64,000 nucleotides of DNA from a bacterium (GTDB lineage: Bacteria; UBA8248): assembly GCA_963692865.2 (NCBI GenBank), contig OY843592.1, positions 2,368,001 through 2,432,000 of the forward strand. The letters are read 5' to 3'. This document shows, one piece after another, positions 1 through 10,526 of the stretch; the stretch's first letter is position 1; each line of letters opens with the position of its first letter. The notes under the pieces were generated by a model. It did not search any database. It was not told the origin of the DNA and saw only the letters and a list, made by a program, of their open reading frames with translations. Position numbers and translations under genes: made by a program.

Positions 1-2
1 TT

Positions 3-3000
3 GGGTATTCCGCCGTCATTTACGCCGGGCTGACGATTCTTCTGCTGGGGGCGGCGCTCATCCGGTGCTGGTGGCTGGCGACCCGCCGTCCGAGGCGCGA
101 GAGGATTGCCCTCGACATCGAAGAGGCCCACCCGGACCTGGGCAGCAACCTCATCAGTTCGCTGCAGCTTTTCCCGCGCAAGGGAGAGCTGGGCGACGAC
201 GACCCCACCTCGCCCGCGCTCATCGACGCTCTGGTGAACGACACCCGCCGGGAGGTGGAGCCGCTCGACCCGGAGGCTTACGTCTCACACGCCGGTTTTC
301 AAAGACTCGGGCGGCTTGCAGGCGTTCTGGCGGTCGCCGTGATGCTCGTGGCGTTTATCTGGCCCGGGCTCTATCCGCGCGCGGGATATCTTCTGGCGAA
401 CGCGGCGGACCTCATGCCATCGCGCATCACGCACCTGGATATCTGGGCGGAGCGCACGACGGTTCTCCCCGGAATGCCTCTGACGTTCGAGGTGAGGACC
501 ACGGGTCGTGAGGCGGATTCCGTCGAGTTGGAAGTGCGGCAAGGCGTTCAGTCCGTATCGACCGTGGGCATGGAGAAAACGGCTCCGCACCGTTTCCGCG
601 CCCGCTGGCCGGCGGCCGGAGCCGATGCGCGCGTCACGGCGCGTACCGGCAGGTTCCGTTCCCGCACGATCGAGGTTCGCGTGGTCGCTCCGCCGAGGGT
701 GGAATCCATCGAAGTGGTTCAGTATCCGCCCGAGTACACGAAGCTGAAACCCGGGGCCGGGAAAGACGGCGGCCATATCCGCGCCTATATGGGTTCCGAG
801 GTCCACCTGGCCGTGAAGACGAACAAGCCGGTTCAGGAGGCGCTCATCGCTTTGGCCGACGGCTGGCGGTTGCCGCTCAACCCTTCGGAGAACGGCGATT
901 CACTGAACGGCAAGATGATCCTGGGCGGCGCGGGCTCCTACCAGGTGCGTCTGAAGGATGCGCACGGGTTCTCGAATCTCGCGCCCCGGCGTTACCAGAT
1001 CGACATCATCCCCGACGCCTATCCCGACGTGATGGTGACGCATCCGGGCAAGGACCTCACGGTGGAGGCCGACGAGCGCGTGACCGTGAAATACCGGGCG
1101 TCCGATGATTTCGGGCTCAAGAACGTGTATCTCGAAGTCAGGCTCGGGAGCGGCCGCCCGAGGAGAATCAAGGTGTGGGGCGGCGAGGCTCCCAAGAAGG
1201 ACGTGCTCGGCCGCTACGAGTTCGACCTGAGATCCATGGGAATCCGCCCGGGGGGAGTCCTCTCCTATCGCTTCATCGCGCCCGACGTGGATACGGTGAG
1301 CGGTCCCAAGACCGGGACGAGCAAGACCTACCGGATCAGTATCCGCGACAGGGAAGCCGTGATGGCCGGTCTGGAGAGGAATCTGGGCGAGATTTCGAAC
1401 GAACTTCTCGACCTGCTGGGCGATTACCTGGAAAAGGATCTGCCGCCGGAAGAAAAGGCGAAGGGGACGAAGGAAACCGGCAGGCCCGCCCGGAAGAGCG
1501 GCGCCATCGAGGCGAAGGCCGCCGGAATCCTGGAGCGCATCAAGCGGACGAGAGCGATGCTCAGGCCCAAGAATCCGCGCGAGACGCTCTCCGACATGGA
1601 TTTGTCCACCCTGGAGCGGCAACTGCGGGATGCGATTTCGCAATACCTCAAACCCCTCTCGCGGTTGTCGAAACTGGGCGAGAACGCGAAAGGTGAGAGG
1701 GAAAAGCTGAACCGCGAGATAGCCGCCCGCCAGGAGGAGGCGACGGAGACGCTCGAGCGCCTCGCCACGATGGGTGAGGAAATCCAGCGCAACGTCCGGG
1801 TGGACAGGGCGGGCCGCACGACGGAATCGATGATCCAGAAACAAAGGGCCATTGAACAGGCGCTGGAGAAAATGCGCAATATGGGCGCGGACGAAGAAGC
1901 GCTCCGGCGGGTGGAGAAGGAACTGGGAAAACTCAGGGAGCAGTTGGGCGAGCTGATGCGGCAGATGGCTTCGCTGGCCCAGCGCATGCCCGCGGAGTTC
2001 ATGAACCAGCGCAGCATGCGCGAGATGCCCATGCAGAACATGATGCGCGCCTTCGAGCGGATTCGCGAGATGATGCGCCGCAACAATTTCCAGGGCGCGC
2101 TGGAGGAACTCAGGCGCCTGATGAGCCAGTTGCAGAGGATGCGCATGGCGCTGCGCGGCATGCAGCGCCGACAGATGATGAGCCAGCGCGGGGGCAGGCC
2201 CATCAGGCGTCAGCAAAGCGAACTGGCCAAAATCGTGGAGGATCAGCAGGCCATACTCGGCGAGACGGTGGGCGTGCTGGAGAACGTGGTGGACCGCCTC
2301 GATAAGAAATGGCCCGAGGACGTCGCCGCCGTATCGCGGAGCGCTCGGGCGTATTGGACGGCTGGAAGCGATTCGGCCGCAAAGCCGCTCCCGCCCGGTT
2401 GTTTCGCGGAGGCCGAACCTGTGAAGAAGGCCGAGCCGGCGGAGCCGGAGATTTCGATGCTGGGCCGGCCCGAAGCGGAGAAGAAACTCTCCCCGAAGGA
2501 GCGCGCCGAGAAAATCCAGCGCGAGAAGATGCGGGCGCTCTCCGAATTCGACGCTATGCTCAAGAAAGGGGAGTGGGGAATCGTCTTCCAGAGGCTGCCG
2601 GAGTGGGCGGCCACGCTCGCGGAATCGCCCTGCGCCGCTCCCGCGCAAACGGCGAAAAAGGATGAGGACGCCGGGGCGGCGAACAGCAAGGTGGGCGCGC
2701 AGGAAGCGGCGAAGGGTTTGAAAGACTCCGTCGCCGCGGCCTTGGAGGGGGGAGCGCCGAAGACCGCGGAAGGCGGCGAAACCGCGCCCTGGAAAAAGTT
2801 GGTCGAGAATCTCGAGGGGCTTCTGGAGAAATCCGAAAAAGAGGCAGGCGGCACGGAAATCGCGAAGCTGGACGGCCTGGGCCAAAGGCAGGCAGACCTG
2901 CGCAAGCGCCTGGGGGTCTTCGAGCGGCACTTGCGCCGGATGATGCAGGTGTATCCGTTCATCAACCCGAGCATCCTGCGCAGAATCACCGAGGCGGGAG

Positions 3001-3434
3001 AGGCGATGGAACAGGCCGCCGCCGCCTTGGCGAAGCGCAGCTCCTCCCGCGCGGTGCCCCCCGAGGAGGAGGCGATACGCAAGCTCGCCGAGGGGCAGAA
3101 CTCCATGCAGCAGGCCATGCAGCAGATGGCCCAGCGGGGCAGCGTGGGAATGGGAACGCCCCGGGGGTTCGGCGCCTTGGGGCCGGGCATGGGCGGGAAC
3201 AGGCCCTGGTGGTCGAGGAACCCGAATTTTCCCCAGCCGCGCGGCTCGAACCAGCGGGGACGGGAGGAGGACGGGAATCTCGGCACCCAGTTCAGCGAGG
3301 TTCTCATACCCGACCGGGAGCAGTACAAGGTGCCCGCCAAGTATCGCGAGGAGATCATGGAGGCCATGAAGGACGGCCTGCCGGGCGGGATGCGCGGCGA
3401 AATCGAGGACTATTTCGACAGGCTGACCAAATGA
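3..3434 (+). CDS. DUF4175-family large membrane-anchored protein, 5'-truncated by the window edge
   Basis: The frame of ORF 234..3434 stays open back to position 3 (GYSAVIYAGLTILLL...HPDLGSNLISSLQL). It has TM helices, PPEYT and D.YP.V/ASDDFGL Ig-like segments, Q/M-rich coiled coils and a VPAKYREEI..YF.RL C-terminus. Confidence 0.75.
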   Translation, partial: GYSAVIYAGLTILLLGAALIRCWWLATRRPRRERIALDIEEAHPDLGSNLISSLQLFPRKGELGDDDPTSPALIDALVNDTRREVEPLDPEAYVSHAGFQRLGRLAGVLAVAVMLVAFIWPGLYPRAGYLLANAADLMPSRITHLDIWAERTTVLPGMPLTFEVRTTGREADSVELEVRQGVQSVSTVGMEKTAPHRFRARWPAAGADARVTARTGRFRSRTIEVRVVAPPRVESIEVVQYPPEYTKLKPGAGKDGGHIRAYMGSEVHLAVKTNKPVQEALIALADGWRLPLNPSENGDSLNGKMILGGAGSYQVRLKDAHGFSNLAPRRYQIDIIPDAYPDVMVTHPGKDLTVEADERVTVKYRASDDFGLKNVYLEVRLGSGRPRRIKVWGGEAPKKDVLGRYEFDLRSMGIRPGGVLSYRFIAPDVDTVSGPKTGTSKTYRISIRDREAVMAGLERNLGEISNELLDLLGDYLEKDLPPEEKAKGTKETGRPARKSGAIEAKAAGILERIKRTRAMLRPKNPRETLSDMDLSTLERQLRDAISQYLKPLSRLSKLGENAKGEREKLNREIAARQEEATETLERLATMGEEIQRNVRVDRAGRTTESMIQKQRAIEQALEKMRNMGADEEALRRVEKELGKLREQLGELMRQMASLAQRMPAEFMNQRSMREMPMQNMMRAFERIREMMRRNNFQGALEELRRLMSQLQRMRMALRGMQRRQMMSQRGGRPIRRQQSELAKIVEDQQAILGETVGVLENVVDRLDKKWPEDVAAVSRSARAYWTAGSDSAAKPLPPGCFAEAEPVKKAEPAEPEISMLGRPEAEKKLSPKERAEKIQREKMRALSEFDAMLKKGEWGIVFQRLPEWAATLAESPCAAPAQTAKKDEDAGAANSKVGAQEAAKGLKDSVAAALEGGAPKTAEGGETAPWKKLVENLEGLLEKSEKEAGGTEIAKLDGLGQRQADLRKRLGVFERHLRRMMQVYPFINPSILRRITEAGEAMEQAAAALAKRSSSRAVPPEEEAIRKLAEGQNSMQQAMQQMAQRGSVGMGTPRGFGALGPGMGGNRPWWSRNPNFPQPRGSNQRGREEDGNLGTQFSEVLIPDREQYKVPAKYREEIMEAMKDGLPGGMRGEIEDYFDRLTK

Positions 3435-5152
3435 TGGCGAAAAAATTTCTCGCAGGCTTCATTTGCGCTTTTCTGAGCGCGGCGCTCGCTCCGCCCGCAG
3501 GGGCGCATACCGTCAATCGCGCGGCGCCTCTCTCGCGAGCCGTTGAGCGGCCCGACGGCTACCGCGCGGTGGTGGATGAGCTTCGGGCCTGGAATCTGGC
3601 GGGGGCCAGAAAGAAAATCGAAGCGTATGAGGCCGGAACCCCCGGCCTGGCCGAATGGCGGGCGCTCTCGGGGGCAGCGGATTACCTGGAGGGCAGATAC
3701 GCCGAGTCGCTCGCCAATCTCAACGCGGCGCTCAAGAGAAAACCCGGGGACAGCGAATGGCTCGAACTGAGGCTCCACGTGCGCCAGACGCAAACGGCGC
3801 TCAAGGGGTTCAAGGCGCACAAGACGGCGCATTTCGACATCTGGTACGAACCGGGCGAAGACGCCGTCCTGCTGCCCTATCTGGGCGAGGCGCTGGAGAA
3901 GGCCTATGCGCGCTACGGCGAAGAATTGGGCGTGCGCCCCGCGCAGCGAATTCGCGTGGAGCTTTTCTCGGATACGGCCCGCTTCCATCGCTCGTCCACG
4001 CTGTCGAGGCGCGACATCGAGGAGAAGGGCGCGGTCGGGGTCTGCAAGTTCAACAAGGTGATGTTTCTCTCCCCCGGCGCGCTCCTTCGGGGCTATCGCT
4101 GGCTCGACACCGCGGCGCACGAATACGTCCACTACCTCGTCGTGCTGGCCACGAAGAACCGCGCCCCCATCTGGCTTCACGAGGGAATCGCCAAGTACCT
4201 GGAGAAAAAATGGCGAGGCGGGGAAACCGGCTTCCTCCACCCGGGCGAGGAAGCCTTGCTGTACAGGGCGAGAGAGACGAACAACTACGTCCCCTTCAAG
4301 AAGATGGAGCCGAGCCTCATCTATCTCGATACGCCGCAGGAGATACACCTCGCCTATGCGGAGGCGGCTTCGGCCGTGGATTTCATCCGCCGCGAAATGG
4401 GCGAAAACGGACTGACCCGCCTGCTGGCCGGCATCCGGGACGCCTCGCCCGCGCCGGTAACGCAGGGGCCGCCCGCGCCCGGAGAGGAGAACCCCGGGAT
4501 GCGCCGTCAAAGGCGGGCGAGCCTCGTCGAACTCGAATCCACCGGTCCGCCGCAAAGCGCGGAGGCCGGGCTTCGGCTTCTCGCCGGAGTAGACCTGGGC
4601 GGGTTCGAGAAGCTCTGGATAGAAGACCTCAAAACGCTCCCCCTTCGCGCGCGCGGGGGGGCACAGGTCACCATGCCGAAGCTCAAGCCCAAAGGGCCGC
4701 TGAGCGAGCGTTCTATCGACCTGGCCGCGCTCAAGAGCGCCGTGGCCAGAAGGCGCATGCGGCTGGGCGACAGGCTCTCGTTCCGGGGAAGAATGCGGGC
4801 GGCGCTGATCGAATACCGCCGCGCCCTGCGCGATGAGCCGCACTCCCAGCCCCTCCTCAACCGCGCGGCCCAGATCGAGATACGTCTGGGGATGATCCCC
4901 CAGGCCGAGCAACACATTCAAAAAGCGCTGGCGGTGGACCCGGACTACGCGATGACGCACGTTCACCGTGCGCTGGCGAGCGAGATGGCCGGGAAGGCGC
5001 AGCGCGCCCTCGGGGCGTGGGAGGAGGTGTTGCAGATCAATCCCTTCATTCGATTGGTTCACGAGCGCCTGCTGGCGCATTACGAAAGAACGGGCGAGAC
5101 GGAAAAGGCGAAGCGCGAGCGCGAAGCCCTTCGCCTCATGTCTGCCCGTTGA
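3431..5152 (+). CDS. Secreted TPR-containing peptidase MA (gluzincin)-like protein
   Basis: Signal-peptide-like N-terminus, HEYVH zinc motif, downstream WLHEGIA, and TPR-like helices at both ends. The ATG overlaps the upstream stop codon. Confidence 0.75.
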   Translation: MMAKKFLAGFICAFLSAALAPPAGAHTVNRAAPLSRAVERPDGYRAVVDELRAWNLAGARKKIEAYEAGTPGLAEWRALSGAADYLEGRYAESLANLNAALKRKPGDSEWLELRLHVRQTQTALKGFKAHKTAHFDIWYEPGEDAVLLPYLGEALEKAYARYGEELGVRPAQRIRVELFSDTARFHRSSTLSRRDIEEKGAVGVCKFNKVMFLSPGALLRGYRWLDTAAHEYVHYLVVLATKNRAPIWLHEGIAKYLEKKWRGGETGFLHPGEEALLYRARETNNYVPFKKMEPSLIYLDTPQEIHLAYAEAASAVDFIRREMGENGLTRLLAGIRDASPAPVTQGPPAPGEENPGMRRQRRASLVELESTGPPQSAEAGLRLLAGVDLGGFEKLWIEDLKTLPLRARGGAQVTMPKLKPKGPLSERSIDLAALKSAVARRRMRLGDRLSFRGRMRAALIEYRRALRDEPHSQPLLNRAAQIEIRLGMIPQAEQHIQKALAVDPDYAMTHVHRALASEMAGKAQRALGAWEEVLQINPFIRLVHERLLAHYERTGETEKAKREREALRLMSAR

Positions 5153-5167
5153 CTCCCTCGAAAGGCG

Positions 5168-6226
5168 ATGCGAATGGACGACGTAACGAGCAGCGTGGGA
5201 AACGAAGAATCGGGCATGAACGAGGTGGACGTGGAGGTGGCGCGCGAGATAGGCGTGAAGCGCGACGCCATTCTTGAGCAGGTGCACAAGATCATCGTCG
5301 GGCAGGCGGAGGTCATCGATCTCGTCCTGATAGCCCTGCTGTCGAAAGGCCACTGTCTTCTGGTCGGCGTGCCGGGTCTGGCGAAAACCCTGCTCATACG
5401 CACCCTGGCGCGCGTGCTGCAACTCGACTTCAACCGAATCCAGTTCACGCCCGATCTGATGCCGTCCGACATCACGGGCACGGACATACTGGACGACACC
5501 ACGGAAGGGAGGCGCTCGTTCCGCTTCATTCGAGGGCCCATATTCACCCAGATACTGCTGGCGGACGAGATCAACCGCACGTCTCCCAAGACGCAGGCGG
5601 CTCTGCTCCAGGCCATGCAGGAATTGCACGTGACGGCCGGCGGGCAGGCGCACTACCTGAACCCGCCGTTTTTCGTCCTCGCGACCCAGAATCCCGTAGA
5701 GCAGGAGGGCACGTATCCGCTGCCCGAAGCGCAACTGGACAGGTTCATGTTCGAGATCGGCGTGTCGTATCCCAGCCTCGCCGAGGAGAAGGAGATCGTC
5801 GCGCAGACGACCTCGAACTACGACCCCAAGCTCGAAGAGATCATGGACAACGAGCAGATTCTGGCGTTTCAGGAACTGGTCCGCCGCGTGCCTGCGGCTC
5901 CCTACGTGGTGGAGTACGCGGTCTCGCTCGCGCGCGCATCCCGTCCCGACGATGAAAGCGCTCCGGAATTCGTCCGCAATTACGTGGAATGGGGCGCGGG
6001 GCCGAGGGCGAGCCAATACCTGATTCTGGGAGCGCGGGCGCGGGCGCTTCTCCGGGGACGCTACGCCGCCACCATCGAGGACGTTCGGGCGCTGGCCGAA
6101 CCCGTGCTGCGCCACCGGATTCTGGTGAACTTCCGGGGCCAGGCGGAAGGCCACGACTCCGTCTCGCTGATACGGCAACTGCTCGAAACCATCGCGCCCC
6201 CGGCGGAGGCCACCGAAGCCGCGTAG
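5168..6226 (+). CDS. moxR: MoxR-family AAA+ ATPase
   Basis: GVPGLAKT Walker [20 protein letters not shown] Walker [23 protein letters not shown]. Confidence 0.95.
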   Translation: MRMDDVTSSVGNEESGMNEVDVEVAREIGVKRDAILEQVHKIIVGQAEVIDLVLIALLSKGHCLLVGVPGLAKTLLIRTLARVLQLDFNRIQFTPDLMPSDITGTDILDDTTEGRRSFRFIRGPIFTQILLADEINRTSPKTQAALLQAMQELHVTAGGQAHYLNPPFFVLATQNPVEQEGTYPLPEAQLDRFMFEIGVSYPSLAEEKEIVAQTTSNYDPKLEEIMDNEQILAFQELVRRVPAAPYVVEYAVSLARASRPDDESAPEFVRNYVEWGAGPRASQYLILGARARALLRGRYAATIEDVRALAEPVLRHRILVNFRGQAEGHDSVSLIRQLLETIAPPAEATEAA

Positions 6227-6249
6227 ACGCCTGCTCAAAGGGGACCGCC

Positions 6250-7143
6250 TTGAACTCGGATCGGTATTTCGACCCCCTCGTCATCTCAAGACTCTCCAAC
6301 CTCCAGTTGCGCGCCCGTCACGTGGTCGAGGGCCTGATGAGCGGCGTGCACAGGAGCCGTTCGCGGGGCTTCAGCGTCGATTTCGAAGAACACAGGGCGT
6401 ACAGCCCGGGCGACGAACTCCGGCACATCGACTGGAAGGCCTACGGAAAATTCGACCGCTACCTCGTGAAGCAATACGAGGACGAGACGAACCTCTACGC
6501 GCATCTCGTCGTCGACGCGAGCGCCTCGATGGATTTCGGCGAAGGCTCCCTGAGCAAGTGGGCGTATGCGGCCACGCTTTCTTCGGCGATGGCGCATCTG
6601 CTGCTGGGCCAGTCCGACTCGGTGGGCCTGGTGGTTTCCCATGAGGCCGAGGACGCGCAGGTTCCGCCCAAATCCATCAGAAAGCACCTGTTGACGCTGT
6701 TGGCGGGCCTCCAGGCGGCCACGCCCGGCGGGGGAACCGGAATCGCCCGTACGATGCTCGCGCTGGCGGAACGCCTGAAGCGAAGGGGGCTCGTCGTCGT
6801 CGTTTCCGATTTGCTCGATGACCCCGAAGCCGTGGAAAAAGCGCTCAAATTGCTGTGCCTCAAGGGAAACGACGTCATTGTCTTCCAGGTTCTCGACGGC
6901 GTGGAACTCGATTTTCCCTTCGAGGGTCTCGCCAGGATGGACGACGTCGAGACGGACAGGAACATCACCGTGGAGTGCGAGGTGGTGAAGAAACCCTACC
7001 TCGGGCTTTTGGAGGAATTTCTCGCTCAAACGCGCGAGCGGTGCGCGGACTTAGGGGTGGACTATCATCTCGTCTCGACGGCCGAGCCGCTGGACAGGAG
7101 CCTCATCCGCTTTCTGGCGTGGCGCAGCCGCTCGAAGGTGTAA
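6250..7143 (+). CDS. DUF58 domain protein (vWA-like MoxR partner)
   Basis: G.HRS..RG.SVDFEEHRAYSPGDELRHIDWK and DASASM motifs. The TTG start at 6250 is inferred. Confidence 0.9.
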   Translation: MNSDRYFDPLVISRLSNLQLRARHVVEGLMSGVHRSRSRGFSVDFEEHRAYSPGDELRHIDWKAYGKFDRYLVKQYEDETNLYAHLVVDASASMDFGEGSLSKWAYAATLSSAMAHLLLGQSDSVGLVVSHEAEDAQVPPKSIRKHLLTLLAGLQAATPGGGTGIARTMLALAERLKRRGLVVVVSDLLDDPEAVEKALKLLCLKGNDVIVFQVLDGVELDFPFEGLARMDDVETDRNITVECEVVKKPYLGLLEEFLAQTRERCADLGVDYHLVSTAEPLDRSLIRFLAWRSRSKV

Positions 7144-7167
7144 CGAGGTTTTCGGGGAGAAGGGGAC

Positions 7168-9300
7168 TTGGGTTTCCAGTTTTTGCACGGCGCGCTTCTT
7201 TGGGGGATGGGACTCGTTTTTCTTCCCATCCTGATTCACCTGCTGCGCAGGCGCCTCGTCCGCAGGTATCGGCTCCCCACTTTCGAGTTCCTGCTCAGAA
7301 CGCAGCGCCGCATCACGAATCGCAGCAGGCTGAGAAACTGGATACTCCTGTTTCTGCGCGTATGCGCCGTGGGGATCATCATCTTCCTGGCGTCGCGCCC
7401 CCTTCTCGAAACCGAAGGCGGCGTGTCGGGCGTCGGGTGGTTTCCCGTCCATACCGTCGCCGTGATCGACAATTCGGCGAGCATGGCGTTTGAGACCGAA
7501 AAGGGCAGTCGTTTCGACGTGGCCAAACGCGCCGTGGGGCGCATGATCGAGGACATGTCCGATTCGGACCGCATGAGCATCGCGGCGACCGTCGGAGAAC
7601 CGGCCGCCGCGCCGCTCAAGGAATTGAAGCGCAAGGAGGCCCTCGCGGCTCTGGAGCGGGTCCGCCAGACCGACGCCAAGGGTGCGCCCGCCCGTGTCGT
7701 TCGCCACGCGCTCGAGAACGCATCGCCCAAGGCGGGGCGGAGGAACATCGTCGTTTTCAGCGATTTCGCCCGGGGCGATTGGGCGTCGTTTCAGATTCGC
7801 AATCTCAAGCAATGGAGCCCGCACGCGCATCTGCAATTCGTGCGGGTGGCTCCTGAGGCGGGGGTGGAGGATCTGGGTTTTCAGGACGTGAAGATGAAGC
7901 CCTGGCCGCCCAAGGCGGGTTTCGCCTTCACCATCGGCGCGCGCGTCTTCAACCGGGGAGAGGAGAAGAAATCCAAAGTGCCCGTGCAGTTGTACGTGGG
8001 CGAAGAACTGCAGGAAACGATAGAGGTAGACGTGGAGCCGAACGGGGCGAGCCCGGTGAGTTTTCGGGTGAACGCGCCTGAAAAGGGCGTGCTCTACGGA
8101 CGCCTCGAGTTGCCGAAGGACAACCTCTCGGCGACGAACCGCTTCTACTTCGCTGCGGGCATCGGAAAGCGCCTGCGCGCGCTCGTCATCGACGGGGACC
8201 CGAAGCGCGGGCTGCAGGACAGCGAGACCTTTTTCGTCGTCAACGCCCTGAGCGCGGCTCCGCTGGGCGGAGAATCCCCGGTGCTGACGCGCGTCGTGGC
8301 GTCTTATGAACTGAACGGCGTGGAATGGGATGATTATGACTACGTCATCGCCTGCAACGTGGGCCGCTGGCCCGAGCCGGGGAGACAGAGGCTTAGAAGT
8401 TTCGTCGAAAAAGGCGGCGGCTTTCTCTGGGCGGGAGGCGAGTTGTCGAATGAGAAGACACCCGCGCTCGACTGGCTTCCTGCCACGCGGGGAGGCCCCG
8501 TGACGCTGCGCCCTTCCCGAAGCCTCAAGATCGCGCCGGGAGAAGAAGCGCATCCGGTCTTCTCTTTGCTGGGGGCGAACGGCGGACGGTTTTTCTCCGC
8601 CTTGCGTCTCGCCCGCATCACGCCGCTCGATCCTGCGAGAGGAGGACGCGCCTTGCTGGAGCTTCCCGATGGAACGCCCGTGCTCGTAACCGGTTCGGTG
8701 GGTTCGGGGCGTGTGATGGTCTGGGGCTCCACCTGTGATCGGGACTGGACCGACCTCGCCGTGCGGCCCGTTTTCGTCCCCTTCATGAGGGGAGTCTCGG
8801 ACTTTTTGGGCGGCACCCGAAAGGGCGTATCCTCATCCGCCGATGCGGGAGATTCATTCGAGATTCGAGCGCCTCTGCAGCGGGCGGGGGAGGCGGTGCG
8901 AATACGCGGGCCGGCCGGAGCGGAGCGCGTGATTCAATTCAGGGAAAGAACACCGGACCTCGAAGCCGCGCCCGCCGATGGCCTGAGGCTGGGCAAGGCG
9001 GGCGGCGGCGCCGCCGTCGCCTATTTCCGGGATGCCCGGCGCGCGGGTTTTTATCGCGTGCTCACGCCCGATGAAAAACATTTCGTTGCCGTGAACGCGC
9101 CCGCATCCGAGGCGAAAATCACCCCCGTGGAGATGAGCACGCTCAAGGAGAAGTTCGAGAAACTCGACGTGCGCGATCTGCCTGCGGACGACTCGGACCC
9201 GCTGCGTTCCATCTTGAGGCTCATCGACCTGGGCGCGCTTCTTTTTCTCGCGCTGGGGGGGATATTCGTCGCCGAGGCGTTTTTGGCGGACAGGACTTGA
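7168..9300 (+). CDS. BatA N-terminal double-TM and vWA domain protein
   Basis: LPILIHLL...P.FEFL BatA motif, DNSASM MIDAS motif, FSDF, a GATase-like region and a C-terminal TM helix. Confidence 0.85.
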   Translation: MGFQFLHGALLWGMGLVFLPILIHLLRRRLVRRYRLPTFEFLLRTQRRITNRSRLRNWILLFLRVCAVGIIIFLASRPLLETEGGVSGVGWFPVHTVAVIDNSASMAFETEKGSRFDVAKRAVGRMIEDMSDSDRMSIAATVGEPAAAPLKELKRKEALAALERVRQTDAKGAPARVVRHALENASPKAGRRNIVVFSDFARGDWASFQIRNLKQWSPHAHLQFVRVAPEAGVEDLGFQDVKMKPWPPKAGFAFTIGARVFNRGEEKKSKVPVQLYVGEELQETIEVDVEPNGASPVSFRVNAPEKGVLYGRLELPKDNLSATNRFYFAAGIGKRLRALVIDGDPKRGLQDSETFFVVNALSAAPLGGESPVLTRVVASYELNGVEWDDYDYVIACNVGRWPEPGRQRLRSFVEKGGGFLWAGGELSNEKTPALDWLPATRGGPVTLRPSRSLKIAPGEEAHPVFSLLGANGGRFFSALRLARITPLDPARGGRALLELPDGTPVLVTGSVGSGRVMVWGSTCDRDWTDLAVRPVFVPFMRGVSDFLGGTRKGVSSSADAGDSFEIRAPLQRAGEAVRIRGPAGAERVIQFRERTPDLEAAPADGLRLGKAGGGAAVAYFRDARRAGFYRVLTPDEKHFVAVNAPASEAKITPVEMSTLKEKFEKLDVRDLPADDSDPLRSILRLIDLGALLFLALGGIFVAEAFLADRT

Positions 9301-9363
9301 GGAGGGGGAAATTCCCTGCGCTTTCCCTCACCCGGATCGAATCATAACGTTTCATGAATTTGC

Positions 9364-9421
9364 GTGGTCCCGTGCCGCTCCACCCCAATCGGGGCGGAGC
9401 GGCTCGGGCGGACGGGACCAC
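9364..9421. other. Long nested GC-rich stem-loop in intergenic DNA
   Basis: GTGGTCCCGT/ACGGGACCAC outer stem, GCCGCTCC/GGAGCGGC inner stem, CCCC-AATC-GGGG tip. Confidence 0.5.
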
Positions 9422-9632
9422 TGGAACTTATCCTTGGAACAATATGATTTTGAAGGCGATAGGTCGCCTGCCTTTTCCGCCCCTATTTTCACACAAAGAC
9501 GGTCATGGTATCAAGTAAAAAATGACTCAAGCGCGAGGTAGCCGCTTTTCCATAAGCGCTTATGTGGTAATATATTGAGTAACATCTCGAAAACAACAGT
9601 TAAACTATTGATATTTAGAGGATAATTTCGTT

Positions 9633-10469
9633 ATGAACATGTCCCGGGATGAAATCGTGGCCCGCCTGCGGAGCGAGAGGGACGCCGGACGCGCCGTCTA
9701 CGACGCGCTTTGCGGAAGCGGCATCACGGCGAAATTCGCCGCGCGCGGCGGAGCGGACCTCGTCACCACCTTCAATCTCGCCTACTACAGAATGCAGGGC
9801 TTGAGCTCGATGGCGGGCTATCTTCCCATCGGGGACGCGAACGCCATCACGCTCGAACTGGGCGAGCGCTCCATCCTGAACGTGGTGAGGGAATGCCCCG
9901 TCATCGCGGGCCTTCTGGGCGCGGACCCTACGAGAGACATGTTCAGGTTCGTGGACAAAATCCAGGCCGCCGGTTTCCACGGGGTGATGAACTGCCCCAC
10001 GGTCGCCCTCATCGACGGGAATTTCAGGAAAGACCTGGAAGAAACCGGCATGGGCTTTTCGAAAGAAGTAGACCTTCTGGGCTACGCGAGCCGGAAGGGC
10101 ATGTTCACCAAAGCGTTCACGACCACGCCGGATGAGGCCCTCGCCATGGCGGAGACGGGCGTGGACAACATCATCATCCATTTCGGGAACAGTTCGGGCG
10201 GCTCCATCGGCTCCAGGACCGTCATGCCGCTCGATGAGGCCGCGGGGAGGGCGGCGGCCGTCTTCGACGCGCTTTTGCCGAAATACGAGGAGAGAATCTT
10301 CACCTGCCATGGGGGGGCGATAGAGACGCCCGCCGATTTCGAGAGGCTTCTCGACATGGAAAGCCACTTCGACGGCTACGTGGGCGGCTCCTCCGCCGAG
10401 CGCTTTCCGGTGGAGGAGGCCGTGCCCAGGGCGGCGCAGGGCTTCAAGTCGGTGAGGCTTCGGAAATAG
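9633..10469 (+). CDS. PEP-hydrolase-like TIM-barrel protein (homolog of the Tm-1 C-terminal domain)
   Basis: GSGITAKFAARGGADL, YYRMQGLSSMAGYLPIGDAN, N.PTVALIDG.FR..LEETGMG, CHGG.I, GGSSAERFPVE. Confidence 0.85.
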   Translation: MNMSRDEIVARLRSERDAGRAVYDALCGSGITAKFAARGGADLVTTFNLAYYRMQGLSSMAGYLPIGDANAITLELGERSILNVVRECPVIAGLLGADPTRDMFRFVDKIQAAGFHGVMNCPTVALIDGNFRKDLEETGMGFSKEVDLLGYASRKGMFTKAFTTTPDEALAMAETGVDNIIIHFGNSSGGSIGSRTVMPLDEAAGRAAAVFDALLPKYEERIFTCHGGAIETPADFERLLDMESHFDGYVGGSSAERFPVEEAVPRAAQGFKSVRLRK

Positions 10470-10526
10470 GCGCGGGCGTGTCGGGGCGTGATCTTTCAGA
10501 AAGTCGATTTTCTGGGGTAAGGGAAT

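Noticed and set aside
900-8553. Long antisense ORFs (900..2930, 3410..6238, 7051..8553 and similar ones across the window)
   Set aside because: These are shadow frames of well-supported genes, expected in high-GC DNA, and carry no motifs.
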